NCBI GenBank assembly: GCA_030265395.1
Contig: JARFYF010000017.1
Span: 26,624,061 to 26,687,952, forward strand
DNA length: 63,892 bases
Direction of reading: 5' to 3'
Source: Rhina ancylostomus
Taxonomy: Eukaryota
Shown: piece by piece, positions 12,655-25,375 of the stretch
Layout of the letters: each line of letters begins with the position of its first letter
How positions within the stretch are numbered: position 1 is the first letter of the stretch
Notes under the pieces: generated by a model
Told to the model about the DNA's origin: nothing
The model's input: the letters and a program-made list of their open reading frames with translations, nothing else
The model's database searches: none
Program-made: the position numbers and the translations under genes

Positions 12655-13155
12655 AGGTACGCTTCTGGTTGCCACACTACAGGAAGGATGCGGTAGCAAT
12701 AGAGAGAACACAAAAAAGATTCGCCAGGATGTTGCCTGGAATGGAGGGCTGTAGTTATAAGGAGAGTTTGGATATCCTGGGTTTATTCTCACTGGATCGT
12801 GGGCGACTGAGAGGTGACCTTATCGAAGTTTATAAAATTATGAAGGGTATAGATTGGAGAGATGGAATCTTTTTACCAGGACAAGGAAGTCTAGAGCTAA
12901 AGGGCACAGGTTTAAGTTAGAGGAGTAAGTTTTTTTTAACACAGAGCATGTTGGTTATCTGGAATGAGTTGCTAGAGGAAGTAGTAGAGGTGGATACAAT
13001 TACAACATTTAAAGGGTATTTGGACAGGAAAGGCATAATGGAATATGGGTCTAATGCAGGGAAATAGGATTAGCATAGATAGGCATCATGGTTGGCATGG
13101 ACAAGGTGGGCAGAAAGGGCTCATTTCTGTGGTGTATCATTCCATGATATTATGA
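12655..13155 (+). mobile_element. 5'-truncated CR1 LINE
   Basis: ORF 12669-12920 PHYRKDAVAIERTQKRFARMLPGMEG...RLRGDLIEVYKIMKGID, followed by a 3' UTR. Confidence 0.92.
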
Positions 13156-15374
13156 GAGATGGGAATAGAAATGTCTAACTAATCTATGAATGAACCAGAC
13201 CAGAGGAGCTCACTGGGTGTTAACCTGGTGTTTAGAGTTTGTACATAATTTCTACTTTTCAAGGCTATCTGGATTAGGGCTTCTACACTTACCTCCCGAC
13301 TGAGCAGGAAAGTTACAATTAAACCAACACCCTGTATAAAGTAGGTTTAAAAAAGATTACACATTCTTTCATTGTACAAGACTTGATGTAAGTTTGAAGA
13401 AGGGGTGATTTTAATATTGTGCTATGCAAGTTTCTTTCAGGGTACATAATCAAGAACAATGATGCAAATAAATATTTTCACCACAGTTTTTTTTAATTAC
13501 TCAATGTGTTTTAAGTTTATCACTGTTATTGATAATGGGAATAGTTACGTACCATCTCAAAACCAATTTATCTTTGACTTGAATATTTCATTTGGTTACT
13601 GATAACGGTTGACCGATGGAAAATCGAGGCCACTATGGTCAACTCCCAGTTGTCATCACAAAATGGAATTTTATTTTGCACTGAGCATATAGCAATGTTA
13701 CTTATGTCATGCAAGTAACACTGTCTCTGATTATAGATTTCCAACATAGGCCTTGACATTTGTTTAAATAATACAAAAATAGAGCTTGTTATTTGCTGTG
13801 ATTTCTAAAAGGCCAGCAATGCAATATCCACACAGTGACAGGCCAGCTAGTTCGAAGAAATTGCCACAATAGCAAGCATCACAGCAGATACTGTTATAAG
13901 AGCAGATCACAGTCAGTTGATTTTCACCATTCAGGAGAAAACACTTGTTTGTAGAAACCTAATAAAAATGGGGAGTTGATAGTCAGAAAGCTTCTTTTAT
14001 TGTATTTTCTAATGAAGTTTTAATGCATTTGCTACAATTGATTCAAAGGCTTTTAATGCGTGTGCGTACACCACTCCTGAGCAAAGCAATATATTTCAAG
14101 TGACATTCTTAGAGAGCTGGGACTGTGTAGCCTACATAAATAATGTTGGGATATGGCTGTAGCATTAAACACACAAAAGCAACATACATTTCTTTCAAAC
14201 TTGTGGATATATTAATAGCATTAAATAGATGATATTCCATTTATTAGCTTGCACAGGCTACATTTTAGAGCTAGTGTATTAAGTATGGACCTGCTTGACA
14301 GTCCTGTAGCTTCAGAATTCAAATATATTTCAAAATATTATCAATAAATTTAATTCACACATGATTAGAACACTGCAATAATTGATATTTTATCCTTAGA
14401 AAAATGCACCCTGTGAATTGGCACCTTGCTAACTCATTAACCCCTGCCCTTGGTTAAGATTATGACAAATGCATTCCAGTTGCTATTGTATTTAAGCAAA
14501 AATTTCTGTTTATTAGCATATGTTTAATGGTATGCTTTTGTTTATTCAAGTATTATTCTTTGTAGGATGCTGAAAAGAGTAAAATAGATATAACTATTCA
14601 CAACTAAAAACTCAAAAGGATTGCATACAGAAATAGAAAAAATGGTTGAAACCTGATATGTCAATTTATGAGTCAAATATTTGGGAATATCCAGAGCAAA
14701 AATTTAGTTTTCCTTTAATTCATTCTCCATGTCTGCCAATGCAATATGATATATATTATGGTATTTTCAGTAAAAGATAGGTTATTGTTTTAAAAGCTTC
14801 TGGCAAACTGTTCACTGAAAATAACATCGTGCCAGCTGTGAAATGCACTGCCAATTCACTCTCACCTATTTTACATTGATCCCATGACCAATTTTATCCA
14901 CTTGGTCTCTTGCTATTTTTAGTGTTCAATCTGGTGGTGTATGGCTTCTCAAGTGTTAAATTGCTTCACAATGTTACTCTTCCTATGAACCTTTAGTAAT
15001 TTGAAATGGATTAAGCAAAAATTCTGTATAAAACATAGAAGAAATAATTTGAAAAGAATTCCTATGCATCAGGGAAGTGCCATGGGATCATTGGGATTAA
15101 TAGTGAAGTACTTAACATCAGAAATATGCCTGCTTCAAGATATAATACCATAATTTCAGTTGCTTGTTTGGAGAAAGGAACACTTGAATGATAATATACT
15201 GCTGTCAAGGAATAAAAGTCCTAACTGAAAGCTAACATTGAACAGTATTGTTAAAAGTTCAATATCAGCCAGGAATATTATTTTACTCCCAGACCAATGC
15301 TCCTTTTGGGGAAAAAGAAGGACACATCCTATTTTTGCTATTGAGTGTACCACCTAACTATATTGGGCCTTACT

Positions 15375-16170
15375 TTGAGATTATTTGGAGAATATTTGTA
15401 ACCGCTTTCCATATCCCAGGAGGCATCATTCAATGAACGAATATATCGATGATGAAATTCACCCTTACCTTCAGTGCACCAGCACAGACTTATTCCCTCT
15501 GAGGAAAAGAGTGTTTGAAGATCAAGACATCAAACCTGGCATAAAGCTCACGGTCTGCCATGCAGCAGTGCTCCCTGCCCTCCTGAATGTCTCTGAGACA
15601 TGGTTATCTACAGCATACACCTCAAAGCATTGGAAAGATTCCCCTAATGCTAATATCTCTGCAACATCCCCCAAATCCTCTGGCAGGTTAATCAGGCTAA
15701 TGTCAGTGCCCTCTCTCCAACATCTCCAGCAAGGAGGCCCTGATTGTACTCAGTCAAAAGTTTACGCTATTCAAAGATCCAACACTAGAATCCCAAAATA
15801 GGCACTCTGTTCTGAGCTCCTCTATGGCAGGTGATTACTAGGTGGATAGAGGTAAAGGTACAAGAATGTTCTAAAAGCCTCTTTGACAGAGTGTAATATC
15901 CAATTTGTGGGAATTTCTGAATCAAGAGGAGAAAATTAGAGAAGGAGCATTTGGGATGGTGTTGAAAAGCTCAACTATTTTGACAAGGAACCCACAAAAG
16001 TCCAGCATAAGTCGTGGAAGGAGTGCACCACTTCCCAAACTACCCACCTTCCACTTCATCAAGCCATGGTTCACACATTTGCCTTATTAACCATCTTTAA
16101 TACTACATAAGTGGAGTGGAAGCAAGTCCTCATCCTCAATCTGGATGAACTGCCTCAGAAGTGGATGATT
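15375..16170 (+). mobile_element. RTE-clade LINE 3' fragment
   Basis: ORF 15385-15801 IDDEIHPYLQC...LRKRVFEDQDIKPGIKLTVCHAAVLPALLNVSETW; tail GGAGTGGAAGCAAGTC...ACTGCCT. Confidence 0.85.
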
Positions 16171-18526
16171 TGTAAGAGGATTCTTTATGTGGTATTCATT
16201 AATTAGTATATGATCAATTAGTCAAGTGAATGTGTGAGACTGCAGTGAAGGTTCCTGCTGTGTGAAATTGAGACACACAAAAGTTCATGCATGTTCATGT
16301 TAGTATTCAGAACCAATCATTTATATTGCTGACCAAATCTGTATGCAACAGAGCACTTTCCCTTGAATTACTAGGTCGTACAAAAATCTCAACATTTATT
16401 GATGGGGAATGGGATGTTGGGTGGTGGATGGCAAGAAGTTAGTAACGATTCTCATCTCAACAAACCACATGCCCCGTTAAGACAGATGTTTTTAAGTTCC
16501 AGTAGTCATTCTTTCCATTCCAATCTGAAGCAGATTGCAGGACAGTGTTGGACTGGATATGTTCAGTGACAGGAGCTAGAGCATTCTTATGGAATGTTTA
16601 TTTGCAGTAATGTGGTAACCACATTTGTCAGAGCATTAGTCAATTGGATTGTGGACCAATCGATTGCAGGTCCCTGTGATCTCTCGAAGGCTTCAAAGTA
16701 CTTGGCTCTCCTGGAATACTCACACATTTTCTCAAGTCACAAATCCATTTATCTCACAATGTCAAATTGTAATAATTAAACATTATTGATCTTAAATTCA
16801 ATTAACTGCATTAACACTTGGCTAGATCGAGATGATTGGAGGGGCTGGCCAGACAGAGAATGTGCCAACACCTAATTCAACAACGCCCACTCGGAACTGG
16901 TAAAGTTTGTGCTGTAAACTACAACAGCATATGTGATTGTTCCAGGCTCAGACAGTTCCCAGCTGTCATTAGGGACCTACACCTGTACCTCATTATAATT
17001 TTCATTTTTTTAAAAGATTCCCACGAACAGAAAGCCTGATTCTAATAAAGGCCCAGTCCTGCTGATAGCATTAATCAAAATAATTGGCCTGGAAGGAATA
17101 AGAAGGGAGCCTAATGTTAATATTTAGATTGATACAAATATTTCAGCTTTGGAAGGTTGGGGGATGCCTGACCAGTATTTATCCTTATTTGCAGGTCTTC
17201 TCTCCTCAACTAGATTTGATTGCATCCACAGACATTGGGTCACACGTTCCATATCCTCCCCAGGAGTCATTAAGCAGTACACATGGGTATTTTTAGTCAG
17301 TTTGTTGTTCTTCCCACAGAGGTTCTGTCTGAGCTTAGACTTACCCTGAAGAAACATTTGAGAGTAAATATCTGTTCAGAACAAGACTGTTTTTTTCAAC
17401 AATATAATATCGCTGCTTCCATGGCACCTCAGAGCCTGGCCAATAATAATGCTGTGACCTATATCCAAAAACTTACCACTGCGGCACAAACCTGAAAATT
17501 ATAAGAAACAAGCCATATAGAATGAATGTTTCAAGCCTTACAACAATTAGTATCAAAAGATTTTCTTCTGAAACTTGGCTCAGTTTATCCAAAAGCATTG
17601 TGCTCATATGTAATCTTTTTTTTGAGAAAATGTTTCTTGCAGCTTTATGGGCTCAGTGTACTCTGTATAAGCCCATGCTTGCTGGTTTTTAACGATATGA
17701 GTCTGTTAAGGAAACTGTGGAGGGAATTGAATACTCACAGCCACTCAAAAGTGCCTTTAGTCAAAGCCACAAACAACAAAGTGGCACCAGATTACAACAT
17801 ATTTAATAGTTTTCATGCATGTTTTATGTTGATGTTTTAAACATTATTATCTTCTGTATATTTCAGTAAATTAACAGTGCCAAAAATGTAGTGCATCTTC
17901 AAGAAAGACAACTCATGGAATGAGAATTGTTTAACAAAAACATACACAGGAATCTGGTTCAGTGGCAAGACTACTTATCATGTAACTTATCCAAGTTACT
18001 TCAGTACCATTTGAATTACTGCAAAATTTAGAACATTGGTTGCATGGTGCACAGATCAAAAATTGCAGCATTTAGGCCAATTAGTAAAACGCTTTCACCA
18101 CTTTAAAGACTACATTTGGAGACCTTGTTTGTCAGTAATATTTCATATTATTTCCTTTGTGATTCTGATTGTGAAGTTGAAGTGTAAGTTCACTTAGAAT
18201 TAACATAAACAAGACAAAAATTGGAAACCAGTAGTATTGAATGTGCAAGCCACAAATTCAATGTCTGTGTTTTCAGATTTTAGATCTCTTTGATCTGATG
18301 TTCAATAAATGTTCCGAAGCATTATCTAAAACTTTGAATGTTCTGTTAATGAAACAAAAGTTGTTTTAGCAGTAACCATTATAATTTTCACAGAAGTAGA
18401 AATAAAATTAGAAGTAGGACTGTTGAAGCTGAATGATATGATATAGAGTGTAATATGCTCTGCTTTGTATAGGTCTGGGTTGATGGAAGGTTCTAAAACA
18501 GCTGTTAATCACCCTTTCCTTCATCT

Positions 18527-18806
18527 TAGAAACATAGAAAAACCTACAGCCCAATTCAGGCCCTTCGGCCCACAAAGCTGTGCCGAACATGTCCCTACCT
18601 GAGAAATTACTAGGCTTACCCATAGCCCTCTAATTTTCTCAGCCCCGTATACCTATCCAACAGTCTCTTAAAGGACCCTATCGTATCTGCCTCCACCACC
18701 GTTGCTGGCAGCCCATTCCATGCACTCACCACTCTGAGTAAAAGACTTACCCCTGACATCTCCTTTACACCTACTCCCCAGCATCTTAAGCCTATGTCTT
18801 CTTGTA
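18527..18806 (-). mobile_element. Relatively young CR1 3' end
   Basis: TAGAAACATAGAAA tail, CAGGCCCTTCGGCCCAC hairpin, several CpGs retained. Confidence 0.88.
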
Positions 18807-18911
18807 ATCTAATCTAATTAATGCCATGAATTCCATGCCTCCTGCTTAAATATATAATATTTGATCAACATTTTCTTTAAACAGGAAATTTTCTTTCACA
18901 CCTCCTTCTGT

Positions 18912-19010
18912 TAGAACATAGAACATTACAGCACAGTACAGGCCCTTCAGTCTGTGATGTTGTGCCAACATTTTATCCTGCTCTAATATTTATCTAACCC
19001 TTCCCTACCT
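18912..19010 (-). mobile_element. CR1 3' tail
   Basis: TAGAACATAGAACATTACAGCACAGTACAGGCCCTTCAG. Confidence 0.8.
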
Positions 19011-19544
19011 TAAAAGTAACTATGTCATGTACGTAGGTATGTGATTAAAAGATGTAACCAAGTGATTGTGAGCTGATGATGTGATATCCATTGATATTAT
19101 GATATTATCAGTAATTATTTTTAAACTATTTCAAAATAATATGAGTCAAGATGTGTCCAGTGACAAGTAAGAGGATTTTTGGAGGAGATTGCCTTTGGGT
19201 CAGTAAGTAACTCAACCAGTCTGAAAACTTGGTAAAAGGATAAAAATGCTCCTTTAAGTAGAATCCATATTAAAACAAGATAAGTCAGTATGTAGGAACT
19301 CCAAGGTGCAGCACCACTGAATGATGGTGTGTGTAGTCCAGAGCTGAGAGTGGAGTTACTGCCAGAGGCTAGGCTCTTCCCCCAATTGGTCAAGACTGGG
19401 AAAATCAAAAACTGGGTAATAAAATGAAGTTCAAATTGGGGAAAAATATTTACAGAGCATAATTTTAAGATCCCGCAGCAATTATTCTATTTCTAGAGGG
19501 AACTATTCCAATTAATTTGAATGAATCTATTTTAACAATCCAAT

Positions 19545-19765
19545 GGCAAAATAATGCAGATGCTTTAACTCTGAAATAAAACAGAAAATACAGGAACTAC
19601 TGAATCGATCAGTCAGCGTCATTGAAGAGAGAAGCAGAGTTAACAATGTAGGCAGATGACCTTTTAGCAAAGTGATGAAAGGTTATCAGCCCGAAACATT
19701 AACCCTGTTTCCCTTATCACAGTTGCCGTTTGGCTTGCTATTTCCAGCCTTGTCTATTTTCTTCC
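19545..19765. mobile_element. Penelope-like terminal repeat, inverted pair
   Basis: TGCAGATGCT...AAAACAGAAAAT...GAGAGAAGCAGAGTTAAC followed immediately by its inverse with TGATGA...CGAAAC. Confidence 0.7.
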
Positions 19766-20154
19766 ATTTTGTGCATGGTGAGTGGGAACAGCAGACCCTC
19801 TCCATGTTCCTGACTGTATTCCTGAGATGTCTTTTGTATTTTATTCAATTAAAGCATTTTGAAAAAAAATTCTTATACTCTTAAGAACTGGGAAGATATA
19901 ATGATGACTATTTGTGTCTGGATGTTTAACATAAAATGGTAACCATCTAGTAAGCTATAAACAAAATAATCTCAGCAGTAGAAAATGTTATCTAAATTTA
20001 TTGATAGAAAAGATTGAAAATACTTAATAGCCAAGAGTTGCCTAGGTCAGGACAATTTGAACAGTATGCAGTATTAAGACAAGAGTTTGGATTATGTTGG
20101 TAAATGATGACCGTTCCAGTCAAACTTCTGGCACTTCTCAGCACAAGTGTCAGT

Positions 20155-20790
20155 GGGTTTTGGAATTCTCATGTGCTTTTGGAAGCCCATTTTCCTGTCT
20201 GTGGTCTCCAGTGACAGAGCTGGATTTCATTGAGACTTCTCAGTTTTTAAACTGGGGAATTGGCTCTCACTTCCTGCACCAGGTTAGATTTAACACAGCG
20301 TCTGTAAACCCATTGTTTTCAATGCGATTTGGAGTGTGAAGAGAAAGGGAAAGGAAATTGTTAAGTTCCATTATTTATAATTATTTGTAGTTTGACTAGT
20401 GTCATTAATTATTTAGATGTGTTTTAAGTGTTTTAATTGATTGTTTTGCTTTTTAAAATATTTTACCTCTTTTTATTTAGTTTTTACTAATTTTTTTAAT
20501 GTATGTTCAGGATCATTTTAAACTCTGATAGCTTTGTCAGTTGCTAAATCTGGGGTGGAGGGAGTGAGGTTCAGGTATTTGACAGCAATTAGGTCTTCCG
20601 CACGAATTTTTGAGCAGTGCTTGCTGCCCATGTCATTTCATCAGAGGCCCTGCCACTGCTGAAGACCTAGTGCTGAGCTCTGGGACACTTTAGGCCAACA
20701 AACTAGGCCTTCCAGATTTAGCTAATATAACTTCAGGCAAGAGGTGACCATGGGCAGCCACACCTTGGCAGCAAAATCTCGGCCATTTTC
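20155..20790. mobile_element. Old palindromic-motif repeat (same family as 6070-7280)
   Basis: CCCATTGTTTTCAATG at 20309, T-rich tract, end AAAATCTCGGCC. Confidence 0.35.
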
Positions 20791-20825
20791 ATAGATAGCA
20801 AAATGAATCTTAATATAATCAGTTA

Positions 20826-21138
20826 TCATAGAATCTGTGGCCCATCAAGTTTATGCTGTCTCTCTTTGGAGCAATCCAGTCAGCCCTGTGACTTTCTCCA
20901 TCACTTTAGTCCAATAGGTTTGAATAGGTTTATTTCCTTCAAGTTCCATCCAATATCATTGATAGTCTCCTTTTCCATTACCCAATAAGCAGTGAGTTCC
21001 AGGTTTTACCTCTTGCTCTGGAAGTAAGTTCATCCTCGCATTCCCAAATGTTCCTCTTGACCAAAGACTTAAATCTGTGTCCCCAGTGCTTCCTCCATCA
21101 GTCGATGGAATAGTGTTCCTTTGTTCTATTTTACCTAA
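20826..21138 (-). mobile_element. Decayed CR1 3' end
   Basis: TCATAGAATC...GGCCCATCAAG...CTTAAATCTGTGTCCCC. Confidence 0.7.
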
Positions 21139-24100
21139 TGGTGGTCTGTAAAGTAATGCATTTCATTGTACAACTGAGCTGTAACACATGCAAAGGCTTG
21201 CTTAGTAACTAAGCCTGACATATGAAGATCCTTTCACATCCAGTTCTTACTGTTGTTTTCAACATCCAGGACAGCAGAATTAGTTTCTGTGTAACTGTAA
21301 GAGTGGCATTGACATAGGTTCCCATTACCTGGATATCTGTGGCAAATGTGTGTACTTGAGTTTCATCTGGGGATAGGATCATATGGGGTTAGTTCAGTAG
21401 CCTACTAATCCATGTAATGTCTGTGCATGAAGAATTCCCACTCAGCAAGGGATAAAACATACTACACAAGTCTGAAGCTAGATTCTAGCAAGACATTGAC
21501 ACCTTCCGGAAACGGGCAGGGGAAGAGGTGGGAGTTGGAAATTTAGCAATAATTATAGAAAAAAATTACACCAAACAATTTCTGCAATAAGAATGTTGTG
21601 CACTTGAAAGTGATGTGAAATGTGACTCCACTAAATTCAAACAAAGAAGGAATTTTGTACCAGGCCCACTTATCTAGTCACCAGAATTAATTAGACCATG
21701 AACAGAGAGGAGAGAGTTTANNNNNNNNNNNNNNNNNNNNNNNAACCAGTTGTAAAGTTCAGTCCAATACATTACATCATTGGAGTGCAGAATGGTATGG
21801 GGATTTTTTATTTGTGATCGGTTGCATTCAAAGCACTAAAGCAGATGCTATAGCTTGACTTAAAATGATATGACGTAAGTGGAAGACTTACACAATTTGA
21901 CCTCAGAAGGTGAGACACAGGAATGGATGTGTTTAATATACCTTAACCTCTATAGCCAGCTGAGATTATTTTATTTTAACCCCATCAGGTTTAAATTGTG
22001 AAAGCCTTCCAAAAACTCTTTCACCACAGGACATAATTACAAAGGTAGATCTTGAAAGCACAAATTTAACTGTAAAGTGCCTTGTGATGGGAATAACAAC
22101 AGTTCATTTATTCCTTTCTCTAGTTAATTCAAGGAAGGGACCAAAATTCCATGAGCATGAGGTCTTCAATGACAGTCCTACTTCATTATTAAAACCCTGT
22201 GTGAGTTATGAGTTAAAGCCTTGAAGGCATGGCAGTAACATCAGTCTGTTTATTTTATGAAAGTTAGTTTCTCGAAGGAAACAGAGAAAAACAAATTAGA
22301 CTGTAGTTTCTATCATTAGATATGGTCTGTAGTTTTATTTTCCACACTTAGAAAAAATGTTATGGGTTATGTAAAAATATGCTAACTCAATAATCATACT
22401 AATTTTTAACCATGACAATGGTATTCAGAATTTCTGTATCCTAGCAACCTAGTGATTAGTTTGTCAATCGTGAAAAGCAGAATTCTACTGAGTAAAATAT
22501 TTGATTCCATGCTTGATTCAACAAAATGATTTAAACCATTAGTGGAAGTAGAGTCACTCTCTTTTGTTCCTTGAAATCAGTGAATTACTTCATGCTGATA
22601 CACACCAAACAACTAAAACCCTGCTCCTGGTAAATCTAGGCATGCAATACACAGTACAAGGGAGAAGTGTGTAAGTGATGTTCCTAGGAGATTAGCATAT
22701 GATTTTTCAGAAAAGTAAAAACTTAACATCATACTAGGCTGGAAGTGGTCCAAGGATAGAATTTTTTCTTGTTACGGTCACAAAATTTCAAAAGAAATAT
22801 TTATTATCTTGAGCACCGCAACAACATTTTATTAACAATCAGCTTTTTAAAAATTTTTTTTTTACTTTGTTAACATTGGAATTTCAGAAATATTGTTATT
22901 GATTACATTTCTTACATGTATGTATATTTTCAGCGTGTAACACACAGATCATTTCTTGAACTTTTGTATGACAAGGAAAATAAATATATAGTTATTTGAA
23001 TAGAGGAGCGTTCACTCAGTTACCAAAGGGTTACATTTTGTGATAAGATGACACCATGCCTGGGCTCCACCAAAATCCATTACGAGGCCGCAGTCGTCTC
23101 TTTAGTGTTCTCCAGACTGCTCTGCATTAAAAGGCCCTCACCACAACCACAGCATCTACCTAAGCCTCTGGTATTTTTATGTTTGACTGTTTATGGTCTT
23201 GGCGGCTATATGTCCTGCAGTTAGCAAGCTCTTAAATGTAGCTTACTGATAGCTGGAGCCTGTATTTTCAGGATGTTTACTTCCAGCTATTTTTCTGAAA
23301 ACCATAAGAGGTTCTACAGAAGTGCTTGCTCAGAGCCACTTGACTATTTTGGCCTCAAATACTGAATACTGTGTATCATTACAAGCATAGCACAAAAGTA
23401 ATATATCACTGTTTATCTCCTGCAAGATCAGAATTCAAAAAGCTTTTACAAACCCCCTATGATGGTTTAATAGATATGTTTCATTCATAATTCTAAAGAA
23501 GAAGATAAATTGCAGTGAAATTTGAAGTGTGCAGTAATTTATTAGACAATAAAATTGATGTATTCACACTGCTTTCAGAACTCATATGTTATGAAAAGTT
23601 TAGGACCAAAGCCCAGCAAGGGGTTTTGGGACATGCCACCCTTGGGCACTGTACAATTTTAATAATCTAAAATGGTAAATATATAATTCCTTGGACAGTT
23701 GTGGTTATACAACACTACGTTGAAAGTGAGGGCAGATGAAGAGAAGCTGCATCAATATTTCCTATTGCAACAGAGCAGAACTCTCCACACCTGATGCATG
23801 CATGGAAATCATACCATGTTCTCAACTTGCCCCTGTGGTATGATGGCAGCATTTTTCATTGTAAATTGATTATTCAGACTCTTGGGGATATCCTATTAAT
23901 TCAGATTAAAATTTTAAAACTAATAATAATATAAATTTAACCCTGACCTTTTGATGGAACCTCTCCTTTATATACATATAAAGTATATCCTTTACCTAGC
24001 CCCCACAGCCTGCTTTCTGGCAGCTAAAGTTCTTCTGTTAGGAGAAACAATATCTGTATTAATAGGTGAGCACTGGGCTTTCACAGCTGCCAGCGAAATA

Positions 24101-24811
24101 AAAAAACTTAATCACTTATACTTCAAATGTGTTTTCATTGATAGGTGGTGGATGAAGCAGTGGGTATGACAACAAGGGGCAATTAACTTACAACCTTAAA
24201 AAAGATTAGAGTGAACTCATAATAAGCCAGTTACATGAACTTGCTGGCCCTGGTCTTTTTGTCACTCTTGCTGGTCATTGTAAGGACTACTGCAAGGAGT
24301 TTGCTGGATGCACTTTGCAAAGGATAGATGGGGGAAGGAAGAAGATAGTGTGAACTAGTTTATTCAGATTGGATTGTACCTCTGAAGCCTTGGTTATATT
24401 TTCTTGTGTATATTCATTGTAAGAACTTAAGAAACCTGGATAAATTGGTTTCTTAAGTTCACAATTTGGATAGTGGTAAATTGGTCAATTACACTAGAGA
24501 CCATCTACAATGTGCCTCACCACGGATATTGATTCACAATGACCCTTTGCATTAGTGATACCATTTCTGCCTTTGAATAAGCAACTGAGGAATGAAACCC
24601 TCTCTGGACAGCCACAGTAACCTGTCTGGAGCAGAGCACAGTGGACAATGGACTTGACCCTATATGTAGAGTCTCCTCAGAGAAATGAATAGCATCACAG
24701 GGAAATTTTCAACAGGATAGGCCTTTGTTAAAATTTTGTGTGACCCCCAAGATGAAAAAAACATGTACATAACAATATCACTTTGCTGAGAATATCATTC
24801 AACTTGAAGCT

Positions 24812-25375
24812 AAATGTTTTCAAACTGGGGTCTACAAACCCCCAAAGATCCAAAGGTCCCATGTTTTGTGCACTAGCAATGTTACATTAAATTTAAGTAA
24901 TTCTATAATCCAAGGGATATAGTGATCAACTGTTTCTGCTTGGATAGTTTTTTTTGATTAGCTAAATGTGTTTGTTAGAAATTAGGGTGGTTCCATTGCT
25001 AGTAGTTTTAAGAAGCCTCTGTGATTATGAGTGTCTTTTCACAAGTTACAAGAATGTTTCCGGTAGGTCATAGCAGTGTGCCAGTGTTTATAGCCATCCT
25101 GAGTGTACTCATAGGGGTGTTTCTGAATGATTGTCACTTTGACAGGGATTGTCCTGGAGTGTGTCAATATTTGAAAGTGGTTGCAAAAGTATCTCAATAT
25201 TTTCAGTGGTGTTAATGTTTGCAAAATAGTACTGGTTCTAAGGAATGCCTGACTATTTGCGAAAGATCCCAGAAATATGTGAGGATTTTCAGTAGTGCAA
25301 GTGTAGACAGTCCCTGGAGTGTATCAATATCTACAGGGAGCAACCACTGGAAAAATTAGACGCTGCTAGTCTAGG
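24812..25375. mobile_element. Possible old hAT-type MITE
   Basis: TTTTCAAACTGGGGTCTACAAACCCC resembles a Charlie-type end; internal repeat CCTGGAGTGTRTCAATAT occurs twice. Confidence 0.3.

Noticed and set aside
12669-15801. ORFs 12669-12920 and 15385-15801 (also 49548-49823 and 50845-51126) as host genes
   Set aside because: They are truncated, frameshifted LINE ORF2 remnants (CR1, RTE, Rex1/Babar).
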